Source of the DNA: Octopus sinensis
Lineage: Eukaryota
DNA length: 6,876 bases
NCBI RefSeq assembly: GCF_006345805.1
Contig: NW_021828974.1
Location: 1-6,876, forward strand
Direction: 5' to 3'
Made by a program: the position numbers and the translations under genes. The notes below the pieces were generated by a model that did no database searches, was not told the DNA's origin, and worked only from the letters and a program-made list of their open reading frames with translations. Positions 6,535 through 6,876 of the stretch are shown piece after piece; the stretch's first letter is position 1; every line of letters starts with the position of its first letter.

Positions 6535-6753
6535 TTCAAGAAATGTCAATTTGATGAAAGCTCATTATATTTTATAAACAGGATTTTATTATTCTTGAAA
6601 AACCTGGTATTATTAATGAAGTGGAAACAGCTGCAATTTATCAGATTTATCCTTTGTTTCTATAAAGTAATTGAAGTGAATTTATCATTTAATGATTAAA
6701 TTACTTAATTGTTCAACTTTTTGTTTTGGTTTCCATTTCTTACACACACACGT

Positions 6754-6876
6754 TGCGCGGCACCTTGGGCAAGTGTCTTCTACTATAGCCTCGGGCCGAC
6801 CAAAGCTTTGTGAGTGGATTTGGTAGACAGAAAATGAAAGAACCCCGTCGTATATATATATATGTATATCTATATA
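6754..6876 (+). mobile_element. tRNA-derived SINE, family B (CORE-type), 5'-truncated copy with (TA)n tail
   Basis: CACCTTGGGCAAGTGTCTT (6761-6779) resembles the CORE-SINE consensus GACCTTGGGCAAGTCACTT. 65/76 identity to 6341-6416, followed by (TA)n. Confidence 0.85.

Noticed and set aside
5-6577. ORF track entries as protein-coding genes
   Set aside because: Nearly all are translations of simple repeats (poly-VC, HT, YI, N, L, I, RA) or of the minisatellite. The rest are antisense or off-frame reads of SINE and LINE remnants. None has a recognisable domain.

Overview
AT-rich, microsatellite-saturated, non-coding eukaryotic DNA, intronic or intergenic. The SINE families match what I recall from Octopus (coleoid cephalopod) genomes; this attribution is from memory and was not checked by a search. 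I find no intact protein-coding gene: nearly every ORF in the track is a translation of (GT)n, (TA)n, (TATG)n, (AAT)n or (GCAC)n, or an antisense read of a repeat. The window is a patchwork of mobile-element remnants. (1) A Penelope-like terminal segment on the minus strand carries a variant minimal hammerhead ribozyme (1741-1776). (2) A frameshifted 3' end of an R4/Dong-type RLE LINE sits inside (TAA)n (3009-3423). (3) A CR1-type LINE 3' end lies on the minus strand inside (ATGT)n (6090-6266). (4) There are two copies each of two tRNA-derived SINE families. (5) A ~380-bp foldback has ~173-bp arms (4571-4950). (6) A composite ~108-bp minisatellite at the left edge runs into an older ~36-bp array. 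The hammerhead variant and the foldback are the most interesting observations. Neither is shown to be novel without database searches.
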